Shown here: positions 28,686 to 39,793 of the stretch, piece after piece
Numbering within the stretch: the stretch's first letter is position 1
Layout: the number at the start of each line of letters is the position of its first letter
IMG/VR virus record: IMGVR_UViG_3300029288_000002
Span: 32,001 to 96,000 of that record
Source: a virus
Taxonomy: Duplodnaviria > Caudoviricetes
Strand: one strand, 5' to 3'
DNA: 64,000 bases
Made by a program: the position numbers and the translations under genes
Notes under the pieces: generated by a model
The model's input: only the letters and a program-made list of their open reading frames with translations
Database searches by the model: none
Told to the model about the DNA's origin: nothing

Positions 28686-29097
28686 ATATAAAACACCCAA
28701 AGAAGAAATTCTGAGGGTGTTTAACTTTTTATCACTAACCAGTACAACCGTCTATGTGAAAGTTGAATTATTTATACTTTTTAACAAAGCCCTTATGCCA
28801 AATTCAACAATTATTTTACTGTTAATTTGTGCCTTTTATAACATTGCTATACGAACCTCGTTAGTTTTTTATTATGCAAAGTCTTGTGAATTTATTTAAT
28901 TTTGTGGTGCTAATATGGTGTCACTTTATCCCGTTTATTATCTCTTTTTTGCAGGATTCTTCAATCTCAATTATGATTACATTGCTTCTATGTTTATGGA
29001 TGTATCACTATATAGTTTACTGTAGTCACTATATGCCTTGTAATTATTTTAAATACCATATAGCTAAAAAAAGACATTGTAATAAAATTGATAAACT

Positions 29098-29197
29098 TCA
29101 CAGGAAGCCCCACAATCAACGAAAATCTCTTCAAGGTCAAATACTACCTGTTTGAATTTTTCTTTCGTCTCAAGCCTTCCTGTGAGCCTACAAAGGC
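29098..29197. repeat. Dispersed core+arm element, copy A
   Basis: TCACAGGAAG..CTTCCTGTGA inverted arms around core AAGGTCAAATACTACCT (29133-29149). Confidence 0.7.
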
Positions 29198-29379
29198 AAT
29201 CTCGCGTTATATTCTAACTCAATTTTATAGTTGTAATTTCATATCAAGTTTCAACTGCTTTGTAATGCTTTTGTAACTAAAAAAAGTTAGTGCAGCGTTA
29301 CCTGAAATTAAGGGCGAAAAAGTTGAACAAAATTCGCAAAAATAATGCTCCGCTATATCGTAAAAATACGATTTTACTC

Positions 29380-29680
29380 AGTGAAACTTTTTCGCCTATT
29401 TAATATAATATATAGTTTATTGTGATTAATTAAATATATTCTAAAATATAGTATTATTTCTTTATTATAGAATCTATAGTATATTTTAGATTGATCTTAA
29501 TTAATCAGATTGATCTCTTTATAATATGATCTTAAATACTCTTTAAGTATAAAAAATGGATATTATGAAATAATATCCATTTTTTTATACTTTAAAGACT
29601 CTTTTAATAGACTCTTATAGACTCTTTTATACTTTAAAGACTCTTTTAGAATAGACTATGAGAGTCTATAATTAAATTAT
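29380..29680. other. Candidate replication origin (AT-rich, AGACTCTT repeats, long inverted repeat)
   Basis: Four AGACTCTT copies at about 29596-29645; AAGTATAAAAAATGGATATTA..TAATATCCATTTTTTTATACTT inverted repeat; inside about 1.7 kb without credible ORFs. Confidence 0.45.
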
Positions 29681-30413
29681 GTGTGCTTACCTAAACCACC
29701 ACCCATACTAACCCTAACCAAGTATTATCACACTCAATGCTGTTATCCTATTTGGCTATACCGCCTTTTATATTGTAAATAATTTGATGCTTTTCTCGTT
29801 GTATTTTTTGACTAATTTGCAGGATTGTTATATCTTTTCTATAAATTTAAGGTGCTAATACGACACCACCAGTAGTGTCACTTTAGCTATTTTTTACGTC
29901 TTTTGCTGGTTATCATTTTAGAAAACTAAGCCTTATTTCGTATATCAAAATAATAAAAATTCAACAATTTGCTTGACGACTTTTGTTGAATCTAATCCTA
30001 TTATTTATATAATTTTTATGCCTTCTTTAGTACATTTGTCTATATGCTGTTTTCTTCAATTATATAGATTCTTATACGATTCTTATAAAAGCGACTTGTT
30101 CTTTTGGCGATTGTTTGTTACATTTGTATATTCTTTGTCACTCAACTATCATATTTAGCTATTTTAGTAACATAATATATAACAACTGCCCATATCCAAT
30201 AATATACATTCTTTGTATACTATCCAATATGGGCTGTTCCTTTTTAGCTATTTTTCTGAAAATAAAGGTGAGAGTAAGACGCTTGCTAAAGACTACGCCA
30301 ACTTCGTTCCTGCGCGTCTTACGCTACGCGGTAAATGCTATACAGTGGATACACACAAATCAACTTCACCCGTCACTAAAAAATTATACCACACATTGCC
30401 ATTTTCCTTTAGT

Positions 30414-30725
30414 CTATTTCTCTGTACTCGGTGTGAGGGCAGCCATAATTATATTTTCGCTAATCCCTAATTCTATACACTTATCTATCAATTCTATAAT
30501 CTTGTTGTGACTTGTGTTATACCCTATCAGAAAATAATATAGATTCATATACCCTCTCGGTACTGCATTGTCTACAACTTTACCAATATTATATTCTAAA
30601 TTATCACTAACATTATACCCTAATGCCGATGCTATACCTTTTAGTGTATCCCTCAACTTTTTCTGATATTCTGCTTCCGGTAAATCTTCTCGCTCTCTAT
30701 GTAATTCGCTCAATGTGTATGACAT
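30414..30725 (-). CDS. Hypothetical protein
   Basis: 103 aa with AAGGA RBS. Confidence 0.65.
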   Translation of the reverse strand: MSYTLSELHREREDLPEAEYQKKLRDTLKGIASALGYNVSDNLEYNIGKVVDNAVPRGYMNLYYFLIGYNTSHNKIIELIDKCIELGISENIIMAALTPSTEK

Positions 30726-30800
30726 TATATTCCTTTTACTTAACTTATATCCAGATAAAGACGCTGCGTAAACTTGCGTCTTTCCCGCTATCGCGGGATT

Positions 30801-31211
30801 CTACCCCTCTGTTTCTCCTTTTAACTTGTTGTGCGGGCAATATCCATAGAACCCCTTTGCACAGTTACAGTTGTGACATAATATTTGATATTCAGGAGGA
30901 TAGTCATGATCTACTATATGTTTGTATATTTTTATGCTACCTCCTAATCTCTTCCTGTCTTCTGCTCCATCATTGTTTACATGATCTATCGCTAAAAACT
31001 CATATGTGCTTTCACCACAGCACGCACATTTACCACCGTAATGCTCTATACATAAGTCTCTGTATCTTTTGTTGTTTCTTCTCGCCCTCGCATTATCTTT
31101 CTCTTTGTATTTCTCATGATAATTTTTGTTTTGTTCACTCCTCGCTATCTTTTGCCTTTCTTCTTCTGGCATAGCTTTCCATTCCTTAGTGTTATGTCTC
31201 CAACGTGCCAT
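30801..31211 (-). CDS. HNH endonuclease
   Basis: 'YGGKCACCGE..LAIDHVNN..YQILCHNCNCAKG'; start moved to ATG 31211; own promoter TTGACA-16-TACAAT at 31276-31249. Confidence 0.85.
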   Translation of the reverse strand: MARWRHNTKEWKAMPEEERQKIARSEQNKNYHEKYKEKDNARARRNNKRYRDLCIEHYGGKCACCGESTYEFLAIDHVNNDGAEDRKRLGGSIKIYKHIVDHDYPPEYQILCHNCNCAKGFYGYCPHNKLKGETEG

Positions 31212-32082
31212 ATCCCTCTCCTTTGTTTTGGTTATTCCCCTCGCTATTATTGTACCATATATGCACAGTTTGTCAAGTACCACTATCTGTTACTGTATCA
31301 GTGATCCCGTTTCGTGTCTAATTCTATATCAGTGTCTATACATCTGAGTCTGTGTGCGCGTGTTATAGTTCCTATCTATTTCGTCTAATAGTGTATAGTG
31401 TTTTGTGTAATCATCTATACCTATTTTTTGTGTAAATGCGCGAGAGTTATTACTTTCTGTACACTTTATTATATTATACTGTTAATTCTAACTTATGATG
31501 CGTGAGTTTTATGTAAAATTGTTTATACGTCGTTTTATCTAATAGTGCGTGAGAGAATGTGCTATATGCCATGATACGCCTGCTACCAGACCTGACACGT
31601 ATACCTACCCCTACTCATCATATCCAACTATAATGATACTAACATCCTATACTCTTGTACATGCTACTATCTATCTAACACTAACACACAATATACTCTG
31701 ATTCCGATCCTGCTGTCATATCAGTAGCAATGTTACACGCATAGAACATATGTACTACAATGTGATACTGCGACATTGCTATTATATGAAGAGAGTATCA
31801 TCTACTGGATAGCGATTGTACATAGTGATACTGTATAGTTGTTATGATACTATCTATTGTTATAGTTGTATAGGTGTATGTGTATGTGATGATACTGGTA
31901 GGTTGGAGGCGTGTATAATATGTGATTATCATTAAATAGGACTATAATAAGAGATTAATTGTAATAGTACTACAATATACTACTATCATATGTAGCATTA
32001 CAATATATACTACTACTACACTACTACTACACATATACACAACACTACTACACACAACTCACAGTATCACACTACACAGCGT

Positions 32083-32218
32083 ATTAATAAACCGACCGTT
32101 GGTTTATTAATTATATATGATCTATCACATATAAGACGAGTCTTATATGTATCACACTGCAAGTGATACTCAAATAAGATAAACTTAGTAAAGAATCAAC
32201 TGTTAACCGGTTAACAGT
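32083..32218. promoter_or_regulatory. Cluster of four operator-like palindromes
   Basis: ATTAATAAACCGACCGTTGGTTTATTAAT; ACATATAAGAC-GA-GTCTTATATGT; GTATCAC-7-GTGATAC; ACTGTTAACCGGTTAACAGT. Confidence 0.6.
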
Positions 32219-32667
32219 AATAATATCAACATTATCATATATCAATCTATACCTGGTGATCACTATGCTATAATCTACAATAGACATATAGAATGACCTT
32301 GATCGAATATAAAACGATTGTAGACCTTGCTATACAATACTTAATATTAGTTATAGTATAACAATAGATAGTATCTAACTATATACAACACAGCAACCTT
32401 ATACAGAACTGATCCACAACATTATCAAAATGTCAATACCCCAAATCCTTACAAAATTGCAAAGTGAAAAAAGGGATATTGGTGTCAAAAAAGGGGTAAA
32501 AGCATTGACAAGGTATGGTATACTAATAGCGTAAGATGATCATTAACAAGGTAGCAAGATACACCAGCTACCACACAGGACGAAACACCTACACGCGCAA
32601 AGCGTGATATTGGATGGATTAACTGGTACGCAAGTATCAGACCTATGACAGATAAGGATTAACCAGA

Positions 32668-32838
32668 ATGAAAAAAGCTATTTTGGCAGAAATTGAACTC
32701 TTGAAAAAACAGATTGAAATGAGCGAAATTGAAGCTATCCGCGCAGGTAAAGGCTTATTAACTGCGTACAATGACGGGAAGATTGAAGGATTAAAAAGTG
32801 GTATTGCAAGTTTAGAAATTTTACTTGCAAAGCTTTAA
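32668..32838 (+). CDS. Hypothetical protein, 56 aa (not in ORF track)
   Basis: MKKAILAEIELLKKQIE..; AAGGA RBS; followed by 15-bp perfect hairpin 32855-32886. Confidence 0.7.
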   Translation: MKKAILAEIELLKKQIEMSEIEAIRAGKGLLTAYNDGKIEGLKSGIASLEILLAKL

Positions 32839-32912
32839 TCACTTAACCGCGATATTCCTACTACTCTCACCTGAGAGTAGTAGGAAACCCAGACTCGAAA
32901 AAGGATAGCAGA

Positions 32913-33065
32913 ATGAAACACAGGAATATTTTGAACATCCGGGCTACATGCGCAAACGCGGCATTGGTAAGAGCCATCACTTGTGATGGCTGGTTCAAAA
33001 CTCCCCACACATGGAATTACAGTAATACCATTAATACCATTACTGTAATATGGAAAAAACCATGA
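32913..33065 (+). CDS. Hypothetical protein, 50 aa
   Basis: AAGGA RBS; terminator follows. Confidence 0.55.
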   Translation: MKHRNILNIRATCANAALVRAITCDGWFKTPHTWNYSNTINTITVIWKKP

Positions 33066-33078
33066 ACCTTAGAACCTT

Positions 33079-33101
33079 AAACCGCCGCAAGGCGGTTTTT
33101 T
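33079..33101 (+). terminator. Intrinsic terminator
   Basis: AAACCGCC-GCAA-GGCGGTTTTTT. Confidence 0.85.
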
Positions 33102-34638
33102 GTTGTCTTCTTACAAACTTACTTAGTTAACCTTACTAACTAAGTATAAAATCGCTCATATTGCACAATAATCACGTCATACACGCGCGTACACAGCAAT
33201 AATCATAGATTCTCGTGTTAAAGTAGTGCATCTTACACGATGCAAGCGAGAGTCATGCCTCCATTACGCAGAGTCAAGGATATTCAGACTTTTGAATGTC
33301 TTTGCGCGATTCGTGTTTTTTATATCACAAGATCACAGACTCCTGTGCATTTTTAGACACCTTGTATACAATAAAGCACACTGTTTACAAATAGACACAG
33401 TGTATAATAATCAACACAGAGTCTATTATCTAACACCGTGTACGATAACAGACAAGTGTACAGAATCCAACAAAATGTATCATATACAAAACGAGTATAC
33501 AATTGTAAACGAATAGACACAAGATCACGTCAATTTTAGCTTCACATGCGAATAGAACAAAAGTTTATTTTTAAAACCTTAAGAATCTTAAAAATTAGTA
33601 TAAAGATAATACAATAATGGCATAACTAAAATAAAGAAAATTGAAAGTACAATAGAAAATTTACAGAAAATCAATATTTTAGAATTTACAAAAACGGCTA
33701 TACTGGCTATCATCCTTTTTAAAATTGCGTTCTGGTGGCATCGTACAAGCGAGTTTAAGAATATTATGTTCTATTGAATAATATTAAGTTTTGAGTTTAA
33801 GAATCTTGAGTTTTCATACTTCTTTTTAGCTATAGAATTGAATATTTTGTATTTTCTTTTAGTCAATTTGAATTTAATCAATGTACCGGTCGGTATAACA
33901 TGCGAATTGTGAATATTCAGACTCGTTCTATCAGAAAATACTCATGCCTGTATAATATTATGACATATAATGTCTTATATACATAGGTAAACAACGTATA
34001 CTGCACAAATAATGATCTGATCAATAGAGTCAATAGAATCAATAAGATTATAAATATGATTAGAACAAAATATCTAATCATATGATCATTACAAGAATAG
34101 TCAACATACCAATTTATTAGTTGAAAATATAGCGAATTTGTACAAATTGATCGAACAGCCATTGTATGACACTGAGAAGGGCTGAGAGCGATTTTAAAAA
34201 ATAAAGGTATATTATGACCTGTGAGCTTTAGTGCATATAAAAGTGGTGAAAAGATAGAAGATTCTACGCACAATAAATAGTACACAACAAAAAGAGTATG
34301 AATCTGTAAAGTTTATAGTGTACATCATAAAGTTGTAAAATTGCGCAGTTTATAGTGTACAGGTAAATGTATACACTGTTATACTTAATATTAGTAAACA
34401 ATAAAATTGTAAAAAGTTATACTCATTATAGAGACAACAAATAATATATAAAATTATAGAATAAATAGTACAAACTGCGGATGACTGCTTTCCAACCGCT
34501 TGTATAAGGTTGCAGTCATGGAGACGAGTCAAACATTATACAAGACGTACCAGGTGACAATCAAGTTAGTGTAATATATACGTTTAGTTAAAATCGGCGG
34601 AATATTGCATATAATGGAAGATAGCCGAAACACTGAGT

Positions 34639-34755
34639 AAAATCGCGCTCAACCCTTCCTGGTGGCGCACAAGGGCAACTGGTATATAAAGGTCAAACAC
34701 TACCTTATGACGGTTAAAATCGCTCTCACTCGTTCTGGAGGGCTTGCAGGGGTAT
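34639..34755 (+). repeat. Dispersed core+arm element, copy C (two arms in tandem)
   Basis: AAAATCGCGCTCAACCCTTCCTGGTGGCGCACAAGGGC, then AAGGTCAAACACTACCT-10-AAAATCGCTCTCA.. Confidence 0.7.
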
Positions 34756-34929
34756 TGTAGCATAGAGTCTAAAAATGAATAGAACTATAATTTTAGTTGC
34801 AGCCCAGGCGTATAGAACAAATTACAACTATTGATAGAACAAATTGTAATTATCTTGCAACACACAGAAACCGAAATAGTGCTATCATAAGCATAGAAAT
34901 TCTACTACTCACAAAAAGGACACTTTCCG

Positions 34930-35145
34930 ATGAAACAAACCATTGCTTTACTTTTAGTTGTTGCGATCATCTTAGTCGCGTTCGTATTCGTAGTTTTGCC
35001 AGCGTTCAACGCGCTGGCAAACAACCCGGGTGAAGCAATTCGCCAAAACTACGCCTCCGCCGAAGAAGCGCAGCAGCAGCTCGAAACAAAAATGCAAAAT
35101 TGCGAGAATGACTTCTCTCAATGCGTGAATATCCTGCAACCGTAG
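34930..35145 (+). CDS. Small membrane-anchored/secreted protein
   Basis: N-terminal hydrophobic helix; RBS; terminator 35161-35190. Confidence 0.75.
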   Translation: MKQTIALLLVVAIILVAFVFVVLPAFNALANNPGEAIRQNYASAEEAQQQLETKMQNCENDFSQCVNILQP

Positions 35146-35325
35146 ACCCCCACACACAACAAAAAAGAGACTCTAACCAGTCTCTTTTTTAGTACCTGCA
35201 AATAGAACAAAATTTCTATCACGCAGGTACTACACCAGGATGACAATTAGAACATTTGTACCCTTTACAGGTGGTAAAAATCGAGTAAAATAAAGGTACA
35301 ATCTTTTTAGTCATGGAGTTTTACA

Positions 35326-35496
35326 ATGTCATACACAGTCATTTTAACAATGTCTAACGGCGAAACTCGCCCGACAAACCAATATTTTAGCAACCCCCAA
35401 ACCGCGATCATGGTTGCAAAAATAATCGAGAACCATGTTGCAGGGGTTGTATCTGCAACCCCGATTCCGGTTGTGGTGCCGGGCACAATCGTCTGA
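35326..35496 (+). CDS. Hypothetical protein, 56 aa (not in ORF track)
   Basis: GGAG RBS; upstream promoter; terminator 35517-35554. Confidence 0.65.
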   Translation: MSYTVILTMSNGETRPTNQYFSNPQTAIMVAKIIENHVAGVVSATPIPVVVPGTIV

Positions 35497-35516
35497 TAGA
35501 TTATACCTGCTACCAC

Positions 35517-35554
35517 AAAAAAACGAGAGTCTGCCGGTCAGACTCTCGTTTTTT
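35517..35554. terminator. Bidirectional intrinsic terminator
   Basis: A7-CGAGAGTCTG..CAGACTCTCG-T6. Confidence 0.85.
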
Positions 35555-35702
35555 GTTGCTTCTCTGTGTCCTATAAAATATGTAAAAACGGTGAGAATTT
35601 GACCAAGAATTAGTAACACCAAAACGCCAAAATCGTGTATAATCAATATCGTAGCAAGTTGAGAGCGGAAACGCTCCAAACCAACAACTTGCGGAGGAAA
35701 AA

Positions 35703-35906
35703 ATGGCAGTGAAATTTTACGGCAAACAGCAGGAAGAATACGAGTCAATTTGCGCACAATTGCGCGAAATTGAAGAAGAAGTAGAACGCGAATATATACC
35801 GCCAACAGTTGCACAAAACCTTAAAAATTTTGTGCGCAATAACGTTGTTAGTGTATACGCACGCTCTATCCTACTTCACATCGAATTATTTTTTCGTAAT
35901 TTGTAA
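35703..35906 (+). CDS. Hypothetical protein
   Basis: GGAGG RBS; terminator 35925-35955. Confidence 0.7.
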   Translation: MAVKFYGKQQEEYESICAQLREIEEEVEREYIPPTVAQNLKNFVRNNVVSVYARSILLHIELFFRNL

Positions 35907-36576
35907 ATAATTTTTATTATTTTTAAACCGCTATCCCTACCAGATAGCGGTTTTTGTTGTCTTAAAGTGTCCTATAAAACAACGATTTTACGGCTGGTCG
36001 GTAAACTATCCTATAAAATGGTAATTTTAGGTATAATTTGTCATATTTGTAGGTATAAAAATACCCCAGGTGGCAATCACCTGGGGTATAGTATACAAGA
36101 CTAAAGATAATTACGTGCATATTCGAGATCATTATCTGTAATAATGATCTCGCGGCGGGCGTTCCACACGCGCAAGCGAGGAAGGTCAACCAATTCGCCG
36201 TTTTCGTCAATTTTTGACGAAACGTTTAGATTCAAGGGTTCGTAAAAACGCGGCGTAAAGTGTAACACTTTGCATACCTTACGCGCTGTAGACGAAAGAA
36301 AATTTGCAGTAAACATTTTACAATTCCTTTTTTCAAAATTTCAGAATATCATCATATACCAGTATAGCCTTTTTTTATTGCCAAAAAATGACTTTCTAAA
36401 AACGATAGAAATTATACCTGGTGAAACCTACTTAAAGATAGTACGTAGATAAAAATTACCTTTTATGTCTGAAAACTGGTAGGAATAACTCCCTACCAGT
36501 TTTATTTTACCTATTGACAAAATAAGGATGATCGGTTAAGATGATAGCATACTCCGATTACAAAGGAATTACAGCA

Positions 36577-36984
36577 ATGGAAATTACAACCGCAAACTTA
36601 GACAAGGTTCTACATACACCAGGGTTAAAATCCTTGTGTGTTGAATTGGTAGCAAAGCGCAAAGAAGTTGAAAATTTGCGTAAAATTGTTGACTCTTTGT
36701 GGTTAGAATTTACTGGTGTACCTGAGAATAGGTCGTACCAGTTAGAAGAAAATATTTTTCGGCGGGCATTAATTGACATTGACCGGATTTTAAAAGAAGA
36801 AGGAATTAAACCCTTATCAATGGATATGGAACGCTGCCCGTTTTTAGTTGCACAAAACGAATTAAACCTCATCGAAAATAAAATTTTAGATATTACTGCG
36901 AAACCGTTTAATTTAAATATGGATTTGCTAAAAAATAGGCAATTATGGTTAGCCAAAATTCTGGAGGGGATGAAATACCAGTAA
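36577..36984 (+). CDS. Hypothetical early protein
   Basis: TTGACA-17-TAAGAT promoter, AAGGA RBS, terminator 37000-37030. Confidence 0.75.
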   Translation: MEITTANLDKVLHTPGLKSLCVELVAKRKEVENLRKIVDSLWLEFTGVPENRSYQLEENIFRRALIDIDRILKEEGIKPLSMDMERCPFLVAQNELNLIENKILDITAKPFNLNMDLLKNRQLWLAKILEGMKYQ

Positions 36985-37135
36985 ATAATTTTCACGCAGT
37001 AAAGCGAGTCTGACAGTCAGACTCGCTTTTATTTTAGCTATAAATTAGAACAAAGATTCTACCATTTTACCCTTGACTCTGGGGTAGGATATGGTAAGAT
37101 AGTAGCATACTCTGATTTAAGGATGATAACAAACC

Positions 37136-37459
37136 ATGAATACCAGCGTTAAACACTTTGAGCGAAACGGCTTTCCAGAATTTTTGCAAGATATTTCAGG
37201 CGATAATTTGCCATTGTACGTTAAAAAGTTTTTTGAAAGTAAACCATATGAAAAGGCTTTACACACAAAAAACGGAAAAGTTAGCTACTTTGTACCATGC
37301 AAGAACGCGCCCGTAAATGTATACCTTTCACGTCATTTTATTTTACCTGATAATTTAGCCCATCAATTATACTGGAAAATTACGATCAATCAGGTAATTT
37401 ATTATCTGATGTATGACCGTGATAACACCTGTTATGCTGTAGCTGTAGAAATAGCATAA
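37136..37459 (+). CDS. Hypothetical early protein
   Basis: Promoter-RBS-ORF-terminator cassette. Confidence 0.75.
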   Translation: MNTSVKHFERNGFPEFLQDISGDNLPLYVKKFFESKPYEKALHTKNGKVSYFVPCKNAPVNVYLSRHFILPDNLAHQLYWKITINQVIYYLMYDRDNTCYAVAVEIA

Positions 37460-37650
37460 TAACCCAAACCGCTTGACGTAAAAATCAAGCGGTTAAATTT
37501 TAGCCACAAATCAGACAAAATTTACCATAAAAAGAAGATTTTATCTGAGAATTTGCGCCAAACCTGATAGGCTAAAAGGCTTGACAAAATAAAGTACTTG
37601 AGATAAAATCAATACAGATTGACCAACCTATGACCAAAGAGGATAACGCT

Positions 37651-38001
37651 ATGAGCAATTATTACCGCACTACGTTAGAAACGCCTGAAGAAAAAAAGAC
37701 GGGTTTAACAAGTATCCAACAGGATGTTATTGTTACCTTTTCAAGTCTTATTGAACAAAGGATTAAGGTTTATACAAACCTTAATAACAACGGTTCTCAA
37801 ATGGGTGAGAAGTGGTGTAAAGCGCAAGACAAGAAAATGGATAAGATGTATACCCGTGAGCAAGAATTAATGACGGGATGGGGTATTACCCTTGATTATC
37901 CCGGGCTTTATCCTTGCTACAATTTCACCCATAACGGAAAGAGTTATCAGGAATTAAGTCTTGTAAATGCTTTCCGCAGAATAAACGGATTTTACGACTA
38001 A
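37651..38001 (+). CDS. Hypothetical early protein
   Basis: TTGACA-17-TAAAAT, GAGGA RBS, terminator 38022-38049. Confidence 0.75.
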   Translation: MSNYYRTTLETPEEKKTGLTSIQQDVIVTFSSLIEQRIKVYTNLNNNGSQMGEKWCKAQDKKMDKMYTREQELMTGWGITLDYPGLYPCYNFTHNGKSYQELSLVNAFRRINGFYD

Positions 38002-38154
38002 AATTGTCATATTCTCACTTGAAACCGCGTATACTGATACGCGGTTTTTGTTGGTCAAACCGGTATAAAATAAGTTTACAAAAACCCTTGACATGGGATA
38101 ATTTTGTGGTAAAATGGTTATAGAGTAAGATATACTACTAACAAGGATTAAACA

Positions 38155-38514
38155 ATGCACACTTTTGAGATTGAACGCGCAATTAAGGATTATTGCTTAG
38201 TTAATCGCTTGAAGATTTTTCCGAAATTTTCAGCGGTTGTCAAGAATAAACCGTCAGTATGTATAAATGACATTATAGACGATACAGAAGAATTTGAATG
38301 CGATTATTACCACTTATCAGAACCCCTTATTATAGACATATACGACAATAATACTTTAGTATTACACTGTGAAGATTTTCCACTTGACCCTTATCACCTG
38401 AAAATTTTGATTGTAAATTTTCAAAACTGCGTAGCATGGGATTTAAGAGATGTTTGTAGTAATGCTTTGAGCGAATTGCGGCGTTATACTGACATTAAAC
38501 CGCCAAAACAATAA
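38155..38514 (+). CDS. Hypothetical early protein
   Basis: Cassette; terminator 38537-38569. Confidence 0.75.
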   Translation: MHTFEIERAIKDYCLVNRLKIFPKFSAVVKNKPSVCINDIIDDTEEFECDYYHLSEPLIIDIYDNNTLVLHCEDFPLDPYHLKILIVNFQNCVAWDLRDVCSNALSELRRYTDIKPPKQ

Positions 38515-39041
38515 AATATTTTCGCTCCCGTCTACAGAAATAGCCTATACTCGCAGTATAGGCTATTTCTATTCTGGTAAAATTTTCGCTCAAAATTTGC
38601 CCGAAAATTGCTTATACCAATTGCTTGACAAAACAAAATAACCATGCTACAATCAGACCAGATTGAAATACTGACAGAAAAGGACAGCTAAAATGGACGA
38701 GTACAAGGTTTGGTTGCAAATGGAGAAGGATTATAGCCAACAAAGGATTGATGCCATTGCTCACCCTTCTTGGTTTCGTGATCCTAACTATGTAGAACAT
38801 TGCGATAAGATGCTGGTGATTATCCGTGATAACCTTAAACGGTTAGAACAAAGTTAAATTAAAATTTTCGCTCAAAGAATAGGCTATACAGGTATTGTAT
38901 AGCCTATTTATGTTAGTAAAAGCACGGTTTTATCATCAGATTCATCAGATCATTACAAAATAGTTGCAAAGGTTGAAAAGGCTTGCGTTTTATATTTTTT
39001 GTGATAAACTATATATAATCTTAGGTGAAAAGGAAACCGAA

Positions 39042-39233
39042 ATGAGATCAACAATTAACGCCAGTGAAGCTACTTCTATTTTGAAAATTTTACGCGGGGT
39101 TTCGCGTGAAAAAAGGTGCGTGGTTTGTGGTAAACCTATTCCAACGAAATATTGGTTTTTTGAGTTTACCGGAAACCATGCTGTAGGTTTATGCCAACAT
39201 TGTAAGCCTGCGCAAACTGTAATTTACTACTAA
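39042..39233 (+). CDS. Small zinc-finger protein
   Basis: CVVC..CQHC; start after AAGGA. Confidence 0.7.
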   Translation: MRSTINASEATSILKILRGVSREKRCVVCGKPIPTKYWFFEFTGNHAVGLCQHCKPAQTVIYY

Positions 39234-39385
39234 TTAGACAAAATACCTCAGATTATTCTGGGGTATTTTGTTGTCAGTATTTCATTGCAACTATCTTGCA
39301 ACGAAATTGCAATGCACAAAAAGGATATTCTGTGATAAGATTAGTACATCGAACAAGGATTTTATCACTGAAAGGACTTGCACAC

Positions 39386-39793
39386 ATGGACGAATCTAGT
39401 GAAAAAATGATTTCTCGTAAATTCGAGGTTGCTGCCGGTACGAATGAAAACGGCGAGTATGAAGTGTACGCCAGTGAAGTATGGCATGATAATTTTCGCA
39501 ATAAGGACTATGATTATAGTCGTTGGATGTCATGCCATGAAACGCAAGAGCAAGCGAAACACGAAGCTGCCCAAATGAACAAGGGTTGTTATTACTGGAA
39601 ACCTTTTGGCCAATCAGCAAAGAAGCTGGCGTTATATCATAGTCATAAGGTTAATATGTTGGGTTGTGTTATTTGCAACGATAATGACACTTGGAACGTT
39701 TATTCTAGTGATACTGCAACCACTGAAAGAATCGGAAGTGAAAAAAAGGTAAATGTAGCAATGACATTGTTAGAAAATTACTACACAAAATAA
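39386..39793 (+). CDS. Hypothetical early protein
   Basis: Start after AAGGA; terminator 39811-39843. Confidence 0.75.
   Translation: MDESSEKMISRKFEVAAGTNENGEYEVYASEVWHDNFRNKDYDYSRWMSCHETQEQAKHEAAQMNKGCYYWKPFGQSAKKLALYHSHKVNMLGCVICNDNDTWNVYSSDTATTERIGSEKKVNVAMTLLENYYTK

Noticed and set aside
29596-29670. CRISPR-like repeat array
   Set aside because: Repeats are only 8-10 bp with irregular short spacers; no CRISPR array seen anywhere in the window
28717-31347. Plus-strand ORFs in the origin-like region and opposite the HNH gene
   Set aside because: Low-complexity F/L/I/Y-rich translations typical of AT-rich non-coding DNA; no RBS
32570-32640. Hammerhead ribozyme suggested by GGACGAAAC
   Set aside because: No CTGANGA core in a compatible position
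38693-38857. Programmed frameshift in a small cassette gene
   Set aside because: Two short overlapping frames exist, but there is no slippery sequence; more likely a simple indel, and too short to support a call
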